Source of the DNA: Octopus vulgaris
Taxonomy: Eukaryota
Direction: 5' to 3'
Assembly: GCA_951406725.2 (NCBI GenBank)
Contig: OX597817.1
Location: forward strand, 161,014,001-161,078,000
Length of the DNA stretch: 64,000 bases
The translations under genes and the position numbers were made by a program. Every line of letters begins with the position of its first letter. The first letter of the stretch is position 1. Shown here in pieces: positions 40,748 to 52,308 of the stretch. The notes beneath the pieces are model-generated. The model was not told the origin of the DNA. It did not search any database and was given only the letters and a program-made list of their open reading frames with translations.

Positions 40748-40955
40748 ATGATGGGGTGCTGAAAAGTTCCTGGCTTTGGATAAAAGAAAATACAAGAGGA
40801 TCAGTCAATTATGATTTTATTCAACACTTTCCCCTCTCAGATTCACACACTTATTGCAGCGGTCCTTCAGTTTTTCTAAGCCCTGTAAAAGAACTTGGAA
40901 GGTTGGACCTTCAACCAGGCCTTTCATGATACCCTTAAAGCCTTTCAGCACCCCA
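40748..40955 (+). mobile_element. Mariner-like MITE (~215 bp); copies at ~41338-41556 (+), 60028-60245 (-), 60634-60851 (-)
   Basis: TIR-like GAGGGGGTGCTGAAAAGTTCCTGG...CCAGGAACTTTTCAGYACCCC; four similar copies. Confidence 0.8.
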
Positions 40956-41841
40956 CACATATATACATATATGTGTGTGTGAAGGCACATGGCCTAGTGG
41001 TTAGAGCAACAGACTCGTGGCTGAGGGATCGTGGGTTCAAATCTCAGACGAGCCGGTGTGTGTGTTTATGCATCTTGCAGCTCACCTGCAACGGAGCAGC
41101 ATCCAGTCCAGGTAACGAACCTTTATGCCAATGAAACCGGCTCTTATGTGCCAGGCATGGCTCGAGAAGGAACAAACAACAAGAATGTGGTTGGCGTTAG
41201 GAAGGGCATCCAGCCGTAGAAACACTGCCAAATTTGACTGGGCCTGATGAAGCCTTCCGGCTTCACAGACCCCAGTTAAAACCGTCCAACCCATGCTAGC
41301 ATGGAAAACGGATGCTAAATGATGATGATGATGATATATGAGGGTGTGCTGAAAAGTTCCTGGGTTTGTGGAAAAGAAAATACAAGAGGATCAGTTAATT
41401 ATGATTTTATTCAACATATTTCCCTCTCAGATTCACACACTTATTGCAGTGGTCCTTCAGTTATTCTAAGCCTTGTGAAAGAACTCTGAAGGTTGGGCCT
41501 TCAAGTAGGCCTTTCACGATACCCTTAAAACCAGGAACTTTTCAGTACCCCCTCATACACTCTCCCCACTACTATACCCATCATCTTCTCCACCATCATT
41601 TTGAGTCTATACGAACTATGTTGCTTGTTATCTCCACCATCACTGTTATACTGTAGGCACTGTTTTTTCTATTCACTGGTCTTCTATCTACATACACCAC
41701 CATTTTTATCATCATTATTACTCTGTATACAATACCGCTTCCTCCACTATCACCATTATTGATGTTCTATACACCCTTCCACTATCACCACTACAGCTAT
41801 TCCTGCCCTACACATTCTGTGTTTACATATATTTCCTGCAG

Positions 41842-41968
41842 GTTGTTTTGGACAGAACGAAGAATCACAAAAGCTAGAGAATGGTTCAACAGAACAGTAA
41901 AGATCGACCCTGATCTAGGCGATGCCTGGGCTTATTTCTATAAATTTGAATCCATCCATGGCACTGAG
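41842..41968 (+). CDS. PRPF6: PRPF6 exon ([42 protein letters not shown])
   Basis: tgcAG / GTAAGA; conserved translation. Confidence 0.97.
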
Positions 41969-44636
41969 GTAAGAAGGTTTCATTAGAGGATGTTGTCTGA
42001 GTTGGCCAACTCTGGTGATAATCACACTGTGAGAATATAGCTATAGACTGCAAACAATGATTATAACCTGTTAATTAGTGTTTGATTTAACTGTAAGGAA
42101 AATATTAGTATAAATGTTGGTATGGTTGTGTGGTTAAGAAATTTGCTTCCCAACTGCATGGTCCTGGGTTCAGTCCCATTGTATGGCACTTTGGGCCAGT
42201 TTCTTCTACTACAGCTCTGGGCCAACCAAAGCCTCATGAGTGGATTTGATAGACGGAAACTGAAAGAAACCTATGGTGTGCATGTGTGTATGTCTGTGCA
42301 TGTTTATATATTCTTGTCATGACATTGTGTGGTAGTTGTAAATGAGTGTCACTGTCATACAGGCGGTGTTGTTCATTTCCAATATTCTGTGAGAACTCAT
42401 TTGGCCATGAGGAAACGTTACCTTGCTTGGTAACAGGTGAGGGTTAGCAACATGAAGGGTATCCAGCCATAGAAAATTTGCCTTGAACAAACTCTGTTCA
42501 ACCTGTGCAAGCAGGGACAGGTGGACGTTAAATGATGGCAATGCTGAATCCACATAACATGAACCACAAACATGACTCCACAAACATGAACATTAAATGT
42601 AGATTATCTCTGGAGGCTGGAGAGGAAATAAGATGAGAATGATGCAGAAGATATGTAATGTTTTTGTTATCCTTCACCACTACTTGCCAACTGGTGTTGG
42701 TTCATTTATGTCCTCCACCACTGCTTGGCACCCGATGTTGGTTTGTTACATCCTCCACCACTGCCTTGGCAACTGGTGTTGGTTTGTTTATGTCACTATA
42801 ACTTCGCTGTTCAGCAGAAGATAGAACACTACTAGGCTTAAAAACAAACAAAAAGGAAGTACTGGAGTTGATTTGTTCAACTAAAACACTTCGAGGCAGT
42901 GCTCCAACATGGTCGCAGTCCAGTGACAGAAGCAAATAAATGATAAAGGATACAAAATACATGAAATGCACTTTGTGAGAGAGAGAGAGGTGGCAGCTGG
43001 GTACTAGAGGTGTCAGCTTATATATGCAAGAGGGGAGAAAAAAATCCAATGCACTGGTAGAGATTAGCAACATGAATGGATGATAAAATGCTATGTGAAA
43101 AACTAACCCCACACTTCATCATCATCATCATCATCGTTTAACGTCCGCTTTCCATGCTAGCATGGGTTGGACGATTTGACTGAGGACTGGCAAACCCGAT
43201 GGCTGGCAGAGTTTCTACAGCTGGATGCCCTTCCTAACACCAAGCATTCCGAGAGTGTAGTGGCTGCTTTTACGTGCCACCAGCATGAGGGCCAGTCAGG
43301 CGGTACTGGCAACAGCCACGCTCAAATGGTGTTCTTTACGTGCCACCTGCACAGGAGCCAGTCCAGCAGCACTGGCAACGACCTCGCTCAAATGTTTTTT
43401 CATGTGCCACTGGCACGAAACCAGTCAGCTGCTCTGGCAACTTTTAATGCTCAGATGGTGCTCTTAGCACTGCACTGGCACAGGTGCCAGTCATCGAATT
43501 TGATTCGATTTCAATATACTTTCAAATCTTACTGTTGCAATTTTTTGTGTCTGGGGGAAAACAATGTATAATTCTGACAACAGATATTACAGTGACTCCA
43601 CAGTCGATTGGTTTTACACTCAGAAAACTGTCCAGTTGTAAAAGGATTTGGTTTTATACCCAACTCATATTTGCTGGCATGGAAAATTGTGGTTGTAAAA
43701 CTACTGGAAAAAACCCAGTAGTTGGGCAGCAGTGGTAAGGGTTTGATTTCTGGGTAGTGTCTGAGAAAAAGATCTTTTTATCTTTTACTTTTTTCAGTCA
43801 TTGGACTGTGGCCATTTGTTCAGCTAAAATCTTCCAGTACTTAATTTTGTTTTAAAGTCTGATACTTATTCTCTCAGTTTCTAAGTTATGGAGATGTAAA
43901 CAAGCCACACAAGTTATTAAGCAGTGTGGAGAAGACAACCAAAGATGCATTTAACATTTAACATCCATTTTTTTACCATACTGGCATGGACTGGACAGTT
44001 TGACAAGAACAAACGAGCCAGAGGGCTCCACCGGGTTCTATGCCTCATTTGGCATAGTTTCTACTGCTGGATGCCCTTCCTGGTGCTTTCTCCAAGGAAC
44101 CAACACACACCCACACACACACGCATATGTATGTATCATCATCATTTAACATCCGCTTTCCATGCTAGCATGGGTTGGACAATTTGACTGAGGACTGGCG
44201 AGCCAGATGGCTGCACCAGGCTCCAATCTGATCTGGCAGAGTTTCTACAGCTGGATGCCCTTCCTAACGTCAACCATTCCGAGAGTGTAGTGGGTGCTTT
44301 TACGTGCCACCTGCACGAGGGCCAGTCTGGCGGTACTGGCAACGGCCACGCTCAAAATGGTGTTTTTTACGTGCCACCTGCACAGGAGTATATGTATGAT
44401 TAGTGTCCACACAAATTCCATTTACCAAATTCGTTCACAAAACAGGTCAGACATATGCTCAAATTGCTATGCAGTGGGGCTGAACCCAAAACCATGTGGC
44501 TTCAAAGCAAGCTTCTTAACCACACACACACACATACACCTTTTATTTACAATAAATATCTGTTGTTGTTTAGCCAATATGTTGATACAAAAGTATTTAA
44601 GCTCTACTTTTTTTTTTTTACATTATTATCATCCAG

Positions 44637-44789
44637 GATCAGAAAGAAGATGTCAAGAAACGGTGTATCAATGCTGAGCCTCGTCATGGTGAACAATGGT
44701 GTAAGGTATCGAAAGACATTGCTAATTGGCGCCTGAAAACCTCAGAGGTGTTATTGCTGACCAGTGGTGCAATTCCTATCCCCAACTGA
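44637..44789 (+). CDS. PRPF6: PRPF6 last coding exon (DQKEDVKKRCINAEPRHGEQWCKVSKDIANWRLKTSEVLLLTSGAIPIPN*)
   Basis: tccAG acceptor; AEPRHGE.WC.VSKDIANW motif; TGA at 44787-44789. The 22 exons total 2559 nt in frame. Confidence 0.96.
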   Translation, partial: DQKEDVKKRCINAEPRHGEQWCKVSKDIANWRLKTSEVLLLTSGAIPIPN

Positions 44790-45050
44790 TACTTACAGAC
44801 ATCATACAAGCAGATTTTATTTTTTCTGCTAAATGGATAGAATCTATCAATACATTCACTTTCTCTCAACAACTAGAAATATTAAATCCATTATTCCAAC
44901 ATATTGATATGTTACTTCATCTGCCCCCGTTCCTTTTCACCCGGCCACTACTCTCTCATAGGGATCACATGGATGGGAGTCAGCTGTGGCTTTCATGTAT
45001 ACTTCTGGTGTTCCAGAAATTCCATTCAATGGTTGAAAGTTCATTCTGTA

Positions 45051-45056
45051 AATAAA
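45051..45056 (+). promoter_or_regulatory. Candidate PRPF6 polyadenylation signal AATAAA
   Basis: First AATAAA I found after the stop codon (~260 nt downstream); no transcript evidence. Confidence 0.4.
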
Positions 45057-45208
45057 TTTTATCATACTTCAGGAAAGATTAAAGTCAATGTATTTAAGAT
45101 GGATTTAGATTGTTACGTCTTCTTTCTATACTCTGCTTATATTTGTGTTAAATTTGGAGCCTGTACTGTGGTCATGTATATATTGATTCTGTTGTGTTGT
45201 TACATTAA

Positions 45209-46274
45209 CCCTTTCGTTACTATATTTCTGACCAAAATACACCCCTTATGTGTTTCAATTAATTTCTAACATAATCATAAATTTAGTCTGGTTTCATTAA
45301 ACAACTATAACTTTTTTATTTATCAATATATTAACGTGAATTTTGGAAGATAATTTAATGAAATGTTCTCAACCAATTCTATACTATAATTTTTGTCACA
45401 AAGTGACTCTAATTGCCGGTAGATACAGGTAAATTCAACAAAATATAAAATTATTAAAATTTTGTTCAAACATCGCTATAGAAAATGGGTTATTAGCTAA
45501 TATTCAATTGGGTATACAACAAAATTTTACGATAGAATTTGTTATTCTGGGTAACTTTCTGATACCCATAATAATATTTATGGCAAAATAGTCTTAATTT
45601 CATTTAAGGTTATGGGAAACCACTTTCTTTCGTTTGGTTTACATTTAGCGTAATGGTTCGTTTCCGCCGTAATGATTTCAAATAGGCTCATTCGAAAAAG
45701 TAAAAAGAAATAGTCTAAGGCTTTACTCTTCTGGGAAAGTCTGTGGCTTGGTCCAGTTTCTTCAGAAAAATCACCGAAAGAAACAGTTTTTAAATTTTCA
45801 CTCCATTCAGGTGCCAATTCATTTTCTTTATCGCTGTCAGAGCTCTCGGATTCACTGTTTTCACTTTCGGAAAATGAAACATCAGATTCATTATCAAATA
45901 CCACATGCTTTTTTTTTCAGTCATAGAGTTAGATTTATGAAGGTCTTCAGTAGAAAATCCTTCGAATTCTGACTCGCTGCTTGATATAATGAAATTCGTA
46001 TCCATTTTTTGTCAGAATTACAAATTTTGAAAACACAATAGGAACAAATTTCGGAAAAAAATCTCCCAAAATTCATGGAATTAAAATTACACTTCGATTT
46101 TTGTACAAAACTGTAGTTAAACTCTTTACGAAGTATAATACGTGTTTTCACGGATGTACTAAAGAGATTTGCTCTGATATTCTCATTTAAATATGAATAG
46201 GTAAATTCGGGTGGTTTTGGGCGGCTTGGTCACATTAACCAAAATTTTTTTCGGGCGGTTTGGTAACGAAAGGG
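45209..46274 (-). mobile_element. Internally deleted piggyBac transposon
   Basis: TTAA|CCCTTTCGTTAC ... GTAACGAAAGGG|TTAA; ORF 45578..45904 has an acidic N-terminus then YFFLLF...IITAETNHYA...WFPITLNEIK, typical of piggyBac transposase N-terminus. Confidence 0.9.
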
Positions 46275-46455
46275 TTAAATTTAGAGTTTGTTTAATAGTT
46301 TATGCCTCTGTTATGTCATACTGTAGTTATATCTGTTATGTAAGAGATTTTACTGTAGTTAGCATGTTATACTTCAGTCTAAACTAATGGTTCTCAACAA
46401 GGGTCCATATAAGATTTTATTGTTAAAATTTATATGCAATAAATTGGTTATATTC

Positions 46456-47100
46456 TACATCATCATCATCATTGTTTAACGTCCGTTTTCCATGCTAGCA
46501 TGGGTTGGACGGTTTGACTGGGGTCTGGGAAGCCAGGAGGCTGCACAAGGCTCCAGTCTGATCTGGCAGTATTTCTACAGTTGGATGCCCTTCCCAATGC
46601 TAAACCACTCGGTGAGTGTAGTGGGTGCTTTTTACGTGCCACCGGCACAGAGGCCAGAGGAGGCTGGCAACAGCCATGATTGGTTGGTGCTTTTTACGTG
46701 CCACTGTTATGGACAGGTATCACAACTACAATTTCCATTTGATTTTTATTTTGATGTTGACGTACTTGACTCAATAGGTCTCCTCAAGCACAGCAGGTCG
46801 CCCTACGATCCAAGGTAAGCACAGCAGGCCATCCTGCAAGCTGTGAACTCACTTTATTTGTCAGGTCTTCACAGTCACAGCATATCTTCTGAGGTCTTGG
46901 TCTTTCGTCATTGCCTCTATAAGGCCCAACGTTCGAAGGTCATGCTTGACCACCTCAACCAATGTCTTCCTAGGTCTACCTCTACCCTGGATTCCTTCAA
47001 CTGTTTGGGAGTGGCACTTCTTCACACATCTCTCCTCATCATCCGTAGTACATGACCATACCAATGCAAACGTCTCTTCTGCACACCACATCCGATGCTT
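46456..47100 (-). mobile_element. RTE LINE 3' fragment (ORF end, 3' UTR, tail)
   Basis: ORF 46861..47130 contains CVKKCHSQTVEGIQGRGRPRKTLVEVVKHDLRTLGL, homologous to the 49.8-kb element; (CAT)n at left end. Confidence 0.9.
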
Positions 47101-48127
47101 CTGGTAGCTCCATTCTAGATATTTGAGCACACAGGTCTTGGTTAAGTTCCAAAAAGAAAAATAGTCTACGATAGAAAGAAAGTGCTGATGACCTTTGCAG
47201 GCCCTTCCATATCAGTGAGATCAGTGCAGTTGATGATCAGACAATAATGTAACAGGTTGGCAACCAGTAACACAAGGAGCCTCTCTGTGATCTGTTGATC
47301 ATAGATAATTAGCCATAACAAAAAAATATGTAAAGAAACATTGAAGCTATGCCAAGGTACGCAGCACTAGACACTGCCCCAAAAACTGCTTTGCTAGTAA
47401 AGACCTCCTTCAGTCATGCATGACCATGAGATTGCACCTAGAAAGTTACCCTCTGAAGCACAAGTCCAGACAAGGTTGTTTATGGAAGACCAAGAGTTGC
47501 CCATGCATACCAGCTTCCCCCTCTCCATGCCACCGATGTTATCCTAGAGATAGGCAAAGGCCAATACAGCTTGGCACCAGTGATGTTGCAGCTCTTTTCT
47601 ACAGCTGAGTGAACTGGAGCAACATGAAATAAAACGTCTGACTCAAAAACACAATACATAGCCCAGTCCAGGAATTGAACTCACCACCTCATGATTGTGA
47701 GCCCAATGCTCTAACCACTGAGCCAGCTCCTTCACCATTCACCTCTATGGTAACAGCTCATAGTTTGCATATGACACTATCAATTCAAGAAAATAGCTCA
47801 AATAGAGTGACCTTTACACAGAACACACATCCAATACAATAAGCACCCAATAACCTAAAGCAGCACAACTCACTCAATATATGTTATACAACATAAAGGC
47901 CCAATAAAATAACTCCGATCACGTTACACTCATGGCGCACAACAGAATATAGGTGAAATAAACATCAGAGATTCTTTGCCCCTTGCAAAAACAGCAAGAG
48001 GTGCTCAGTGCTGGTGCAATCTCTTCAAATCTGTTGCAATGCTGGAAACCCTTCCATGATGTCAGCAGATGTCTCAGAATCCCAAGTGCTTCAGCTTGGA
48101 GTGGGGCAGCAGGAATTGAACTAGTTT

Positions 48128-48328
48128 TCACCCACAAGGATTCCACTTGCAGTTTCTTATCAGCCATAGTCATTTTGAGCTAGTTTCAACTGCTGTGCCT
48201 AATTTCTTGATGGCTTTCTTCAGTTGTCTGGATTCCAGACCTATCTTCTGCAGCAAATAGTGCACTGATCTAGATGGAAAGCTGTGGCAGCTTACTTCAA
48301 TGGGGAATGAGTCTGCATGCCAGCCCTT
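48128..48328 (-). mobile_element. Degraded restriction-like-endonuclease LINE (NeSL/Hero type), C-terminal fragment
   Basis: Hand translation: KGWHADSFPIEVSCHSFPSRSVHYLLQKIGLESRQLKKAIKKLGTAVETSSK*LWLIR. Confidence 0.7.
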
Positions 48329-49788
48329 GACAAGGGCCTTGTAAACTAATATGAGGAACTAAACCTCTTTACAGACCTGGTGCAGGGCATCAACAGAAGC
48401 TATCTATACTCACCCAATCCTCACAAAAATAAGAACACAATGCCACACACACACCTAAGGAACATGCAGGTGCTGCAATAGAAACTTATATGAAACTACC
48501 AGAGAAAATATTGCTATAATAATAACCTTTTCCTGTTATAGGTACAAAACCTGAAATTTTGGAGGAGGGGGCTAATCAATTACATCAACCCCATTACTCA
48601 ATTGGTACCTATTTCATCAACCCCTAAAAAATGAAAGACTAATTAACGAGGGGCAGGAGTGGCTGTGTGGTAAGTAGCTAGCTTACCAACCACATGGTTC
48701 CAGGTTCAGTCCCACTGTGTGGCACCTCGGGCAAATGTCTTCTACTATATCCTCGGGCTGACCAAAGCCTTGTGAGTGGATTTGGTAGACGAAAACTGAA
48801 AGAAGCCCGTCGTATATATGTATATATATATGGATGTATATATGTATGTGTGTCTGTTTGTTCCCCCCACCCACCATCGCTCAACAACCGATGGTGGTGT
48901 GTTTATGTCCCCGTAGCTTAGCAGTTTGGCAAAAATAGACTGATAGAATAAGTACTAGACTTACAAGGAATAAGTCCTGGGGTCGATTTGCTCAACTTTC
49001 ATTCTGAGCGAGAGGCCCCTAGTTGTCAACAGAAGTAGGAGGTCCCTGAACTTTGCCCAGGCTATTCTTATTCTAGCCACTACACTCTCAGAACAATATA
49101 TATATATATATATGTATGTATATATGTATGTATATGTATATATGTATGTATATATGTGTGTGTGTATATATATATATCAGACTGAAACTTCGAAGTTACT
49201 GTCACCACTTGTAAAAGTATGATAAACATGTATTCTTTTACTCTTTTACTTGTTTCAGTCATTTGACTGTGGCCATGCTGGAGCACCACCTTTAGTCAAA
49301 AAAATCGACCCCAGGACTTATTCTTTGTAAGCCTAGCACTTATTTTATTGGTCTCTTTTGCCGAACCGCTAAGTTACGGAGACATAAAAACACCAGCATC
49401 GGTTGTCAAGCGATGTTGGGGGGCCAAACACAGACACACAAACACATACACACACACACACATACATATGCACATACATATATACGACAGGCTTCTTACA
49501 GTTTCCGTCTATGAAATCCACTCACAAGGCCTTGGTCGGCCCGAGGCTATTGTAGAAGACACTTGCCCAAGGTGCCATGCAGTGGGACTGAACCCGGAAC
49601 CATGTGGTTGGTAAGCAAGCTGCTTACCACACAGCCACTCCTGTGCTTATATTCTATAAAAGGTACAGAGTAATTTTCCAGTTTAATGTTAAGTTCTTTT
49701 TATTATACTTCAACATAAAGACAAACATTATTATATATAAATATATATATATATATATATACATACATATAAAGGGTGAAATATAATT

Positions 49789-52077
49789 GAATGGGATAAA
49801 GAGAGTCTGCCGAATGTCGACCCAACAGAGGGACCAGCTATCCGAGTTGACAGTTCCTTGGTAATTGAGGCAATTAGAAGCATGAAGACAGGGAAAGCCC
49901 CAGGCCCATCAGGAATTACTGCAGAGATGCTCAAAATATCTGGTAGTGTCGGCTATAGCCTAGTCACCCATATAGTTAACCAGGTAATACACAAAGGAGT
50001 CATACCCAATGACTGGTGTAGCAGCATAATAGTCAACTGCTACAAAGGTAAAGTTGACGCCCTAGATACAAATAATTACAGAGGTATCAAGCTGTTGGAT
50101 CAGGTAATGAAGGTTACGGAGAGGGTCATAGCCCAACTGATTAGGGAGAGAGTTAGTTTAGATGAGATGCAGTTTGGGTTTGTGCCAGGGAAAAGCACCA
50201 CTGATGCCATATTCCTGGTAAGACAGTTGCAGGAGAAATATCTAGCCAAAGATAAGCCCCTGTACCTGGCTTTCGTTGACATGGAGAAAGCTTTCGACAG
50301 GGTCTCCCGATCCCTTATCTGGTGGTCAATGAGGAAACTAGGGATAGATGAATGGTTAGTGAGAGCTGTGCAAGCCATGTACAGGGACGCTGCTAGTAAG
50401 GTGAGGGTTGGCTACGAGTACAGTGAAGAATTCCGGGTAGAGGTAGGGGTCCACCAAGGTTCAGCCCTCAGCCCCCTCCTATTTATTGTAGTCCTCCAGG
50501 CAATAACGGAGGAATTCAAGACAGGATGCCCCTGGGAGCTCCTCTATGCTGATGACCTTGCTCTAATTGCTGAGTCACTATCAGAACTGGAGGAGAAGTT
50601 TCAGGTGTGGAAGCAAGGATTAGAATCGAAGGGCCTTAGAGTCAACCTAGCTAAAACCAAAGTCCTAATAAGTAGGAAGGTAGACAAGTCACAAACGCCT
50701 TCAGGTAGATGGCCTTGCTCAATCTGTAGGAAAGGCATAGGTAGAAACTCTATAAGATGCACCAAGTGTAAGCTATGGACACACAAGAGGTGCAGCAACG
50801 TCAAGGGAAGGCTAACTAGGAAGATAGTTTTTGTATGTGGCAGATGCTCAGGAGCAATAAACACTGAAAATGCTCTGAGACCAACTGCCATCACTTTCCA
50901 GGGAGAAAAACTAGAAATAGTTGATAGCTTCCATTACCTAGGTGACCAAGTCAGTAGAGGGGGCGGGTGTGTTGAAAGTGTAACTGCTAGAGTAAGAATA
51001 GCTTGGGCAAAGTTCAGAGAGCTCTTACCTCTGCTAGGGACAAAAGGCCTCTCGCTCAGAGTAAAAGGTAGACTGTATGATGCTTGTGTACGAACAGCCA
51101 TGCTACATGGCAGTGAAACATGGGCCGTGACTGCTGAGGATATGCGTAAGCTTGCAAGAAATGAAGCCAGTATGCTCCGATGGATGTGTAATGTCAGAGT
51201 TCATACTCGACAGAGTGTAAGTACCTTGAGAGAGAAGTTGGACCTAAGAAGCATCAGTTGCGGTGTGCAAGAGAGACGTTTGCCCTGGTATGGCCATGTG
51301 GCGAGAATGGATGAAGATAGTTGTGTGAAAAAGTTCCACACCCTAGCTGTTGAGGGAATCTGTGGAAGAGGCAGACCCAGGAAAACCTGGGATGTGGTGG
51401 TGAAGCACGACCTTCGAACTTTAGGTCTATTCGAGGAAATGACTAGAGACCGAGACCTTTGGAAGTATGCTGTGCGTGAGAAGACCCGGCAGGACAAGTG
51501 AGACCATCACCCATGGCCTCAGTCCACTTATGCATACCTTTCCTTCATGGGACACAAAACCCTACTTGTGAAGACCTGTTGAGGCAAGTGAAAATCAAAA
51601 TAAAAAAATGACAAAATCAAAAATCAAAATTGATCAACATGAATGGAAATTGTCGCTGTGATTCAGTGTTGGTGGCACATAAGAGAACCATCCAAACGTG
51701 GCCGTTCCCAGTGCCACCCTGACTGGCTTCCGTGCCGGTGGCACGTAAAAAGCACCATCCGATCGTGGCCGTTGCCAGCCTCGCCTGGCCTCCGTGCCGG
51801 TGGCACATAAAAAGCACCATCCGACCGTGGCCGTTTGCCAGACTTGTCTGGCACCTGTGCAGGTGGCACGTAAAAAGCACCCACTACACTCATGGAGTGG
51901 TTGGCGTTAGGAAGGGCATCCAGCCGTAGAAACATTGCCAGATCAGACCCCAGTTGCACCGTCCAACCCATCAGACCCCAGTTGCACCGTCCAACCCATC
52001 AGACCCCAGTTGCACCGTCCAACCCATGCCAGCATGGAAAGCGGACGCTAAACGATGATGATGATGATGATGATGAT
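49789..52077 (+). mobile_element. 5'-truncated RTE-clade LINE: RT ORF, repeat-containing 3' UTR, (GAT)n tail
   Basis: ORF motifs KAPGPSGI, NYRGIKLL, QFGF.PGKST.DAIF, AFVDMEKAFD, GVHQGSALSP, YADD, RTE-type C-terminus RRL.WYGHV.R...GRGRPRKTW; ends in (GAT)n; endonuclease domain missing. Confidence 0.95.
49858..51501 (+). CDS. RTE LINE reverse transcriptase (partial, uninterrupted 547 aa) with embedded C4HC3 PHD finger
   Basis: ORF track translation; YADD catalytic motif; CxxC-x10-CxxC-x4-H-x2-C-x14-CxxC at 50716-50847. Confidence 0.9.
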   Translation: MVIEAIRSMKTGKAPGPSGITAEMLKISGSVGYSLVTHIVNQVIHKGVIPNDWCSSIIVNCYKGKVDALDTNNYRGIKLLDQVMKVTERVIAQLIRERVSLDEMQFGFVPGKSTTDAIFLVRQLQEKYLAKDKPLYLAFVDMEKAFDRVSRSLIWWSMRKLGIDEWLVRAVQAMYRDAASKVRVGYEYSEEFRVEVGVHQGSALSPLLFIVVLQAITEEFKTGCPWELLYADDLALIAESLSELEEKFQVWKQGLESKGLRVNLAKTKVLISRKVDKSQTPSGRWPCSICRKGIGRNSIRCTKCKLWTHKRCSNVKGRLTRKIVFVCGRCSGAINTENALRPTAITFQGEKLEIVDSFHYLGDQVSRGGGCVESVTARVRIAWAKFRELLPLLGTKGLSLRVKGRLYDACVRTAMLHGSETWAVTAEDMRKLARNEASMLRWMCNVRVHTRQSVSTLREKLDLRSISCGVQERRLPWYGHVARMDEDSCVKKFHTLAVEGICGRGRPRKTWDVVVKHDLRTLGLFEEMTRDRDLWKYAVREKTRQDK

Positions 52078-52230
52078 TAATAAATTTCACCTAGTAGTCT
52101 TTCGGTATGGAAAGGACCATATTCGGTAAAAATTATATATAATTATAATAAAGGGTTATTTGCAACAAGTTGCTTAAACCACATACCAAAAATATTAGAA
52201 ATAGCTGCCAAATTGTTGCAAATAACCCTT

Positions 52231-52308
<78 letters not shown>

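Noticed and set aside
52085-52132. Minus-strand GAAAG-ACTA-CTA hammerhead-like 3' half (similar traces at ~39740-39760 and ~53700-53740)
   Set aside because: CUGANGA core absent or too decayed to call.
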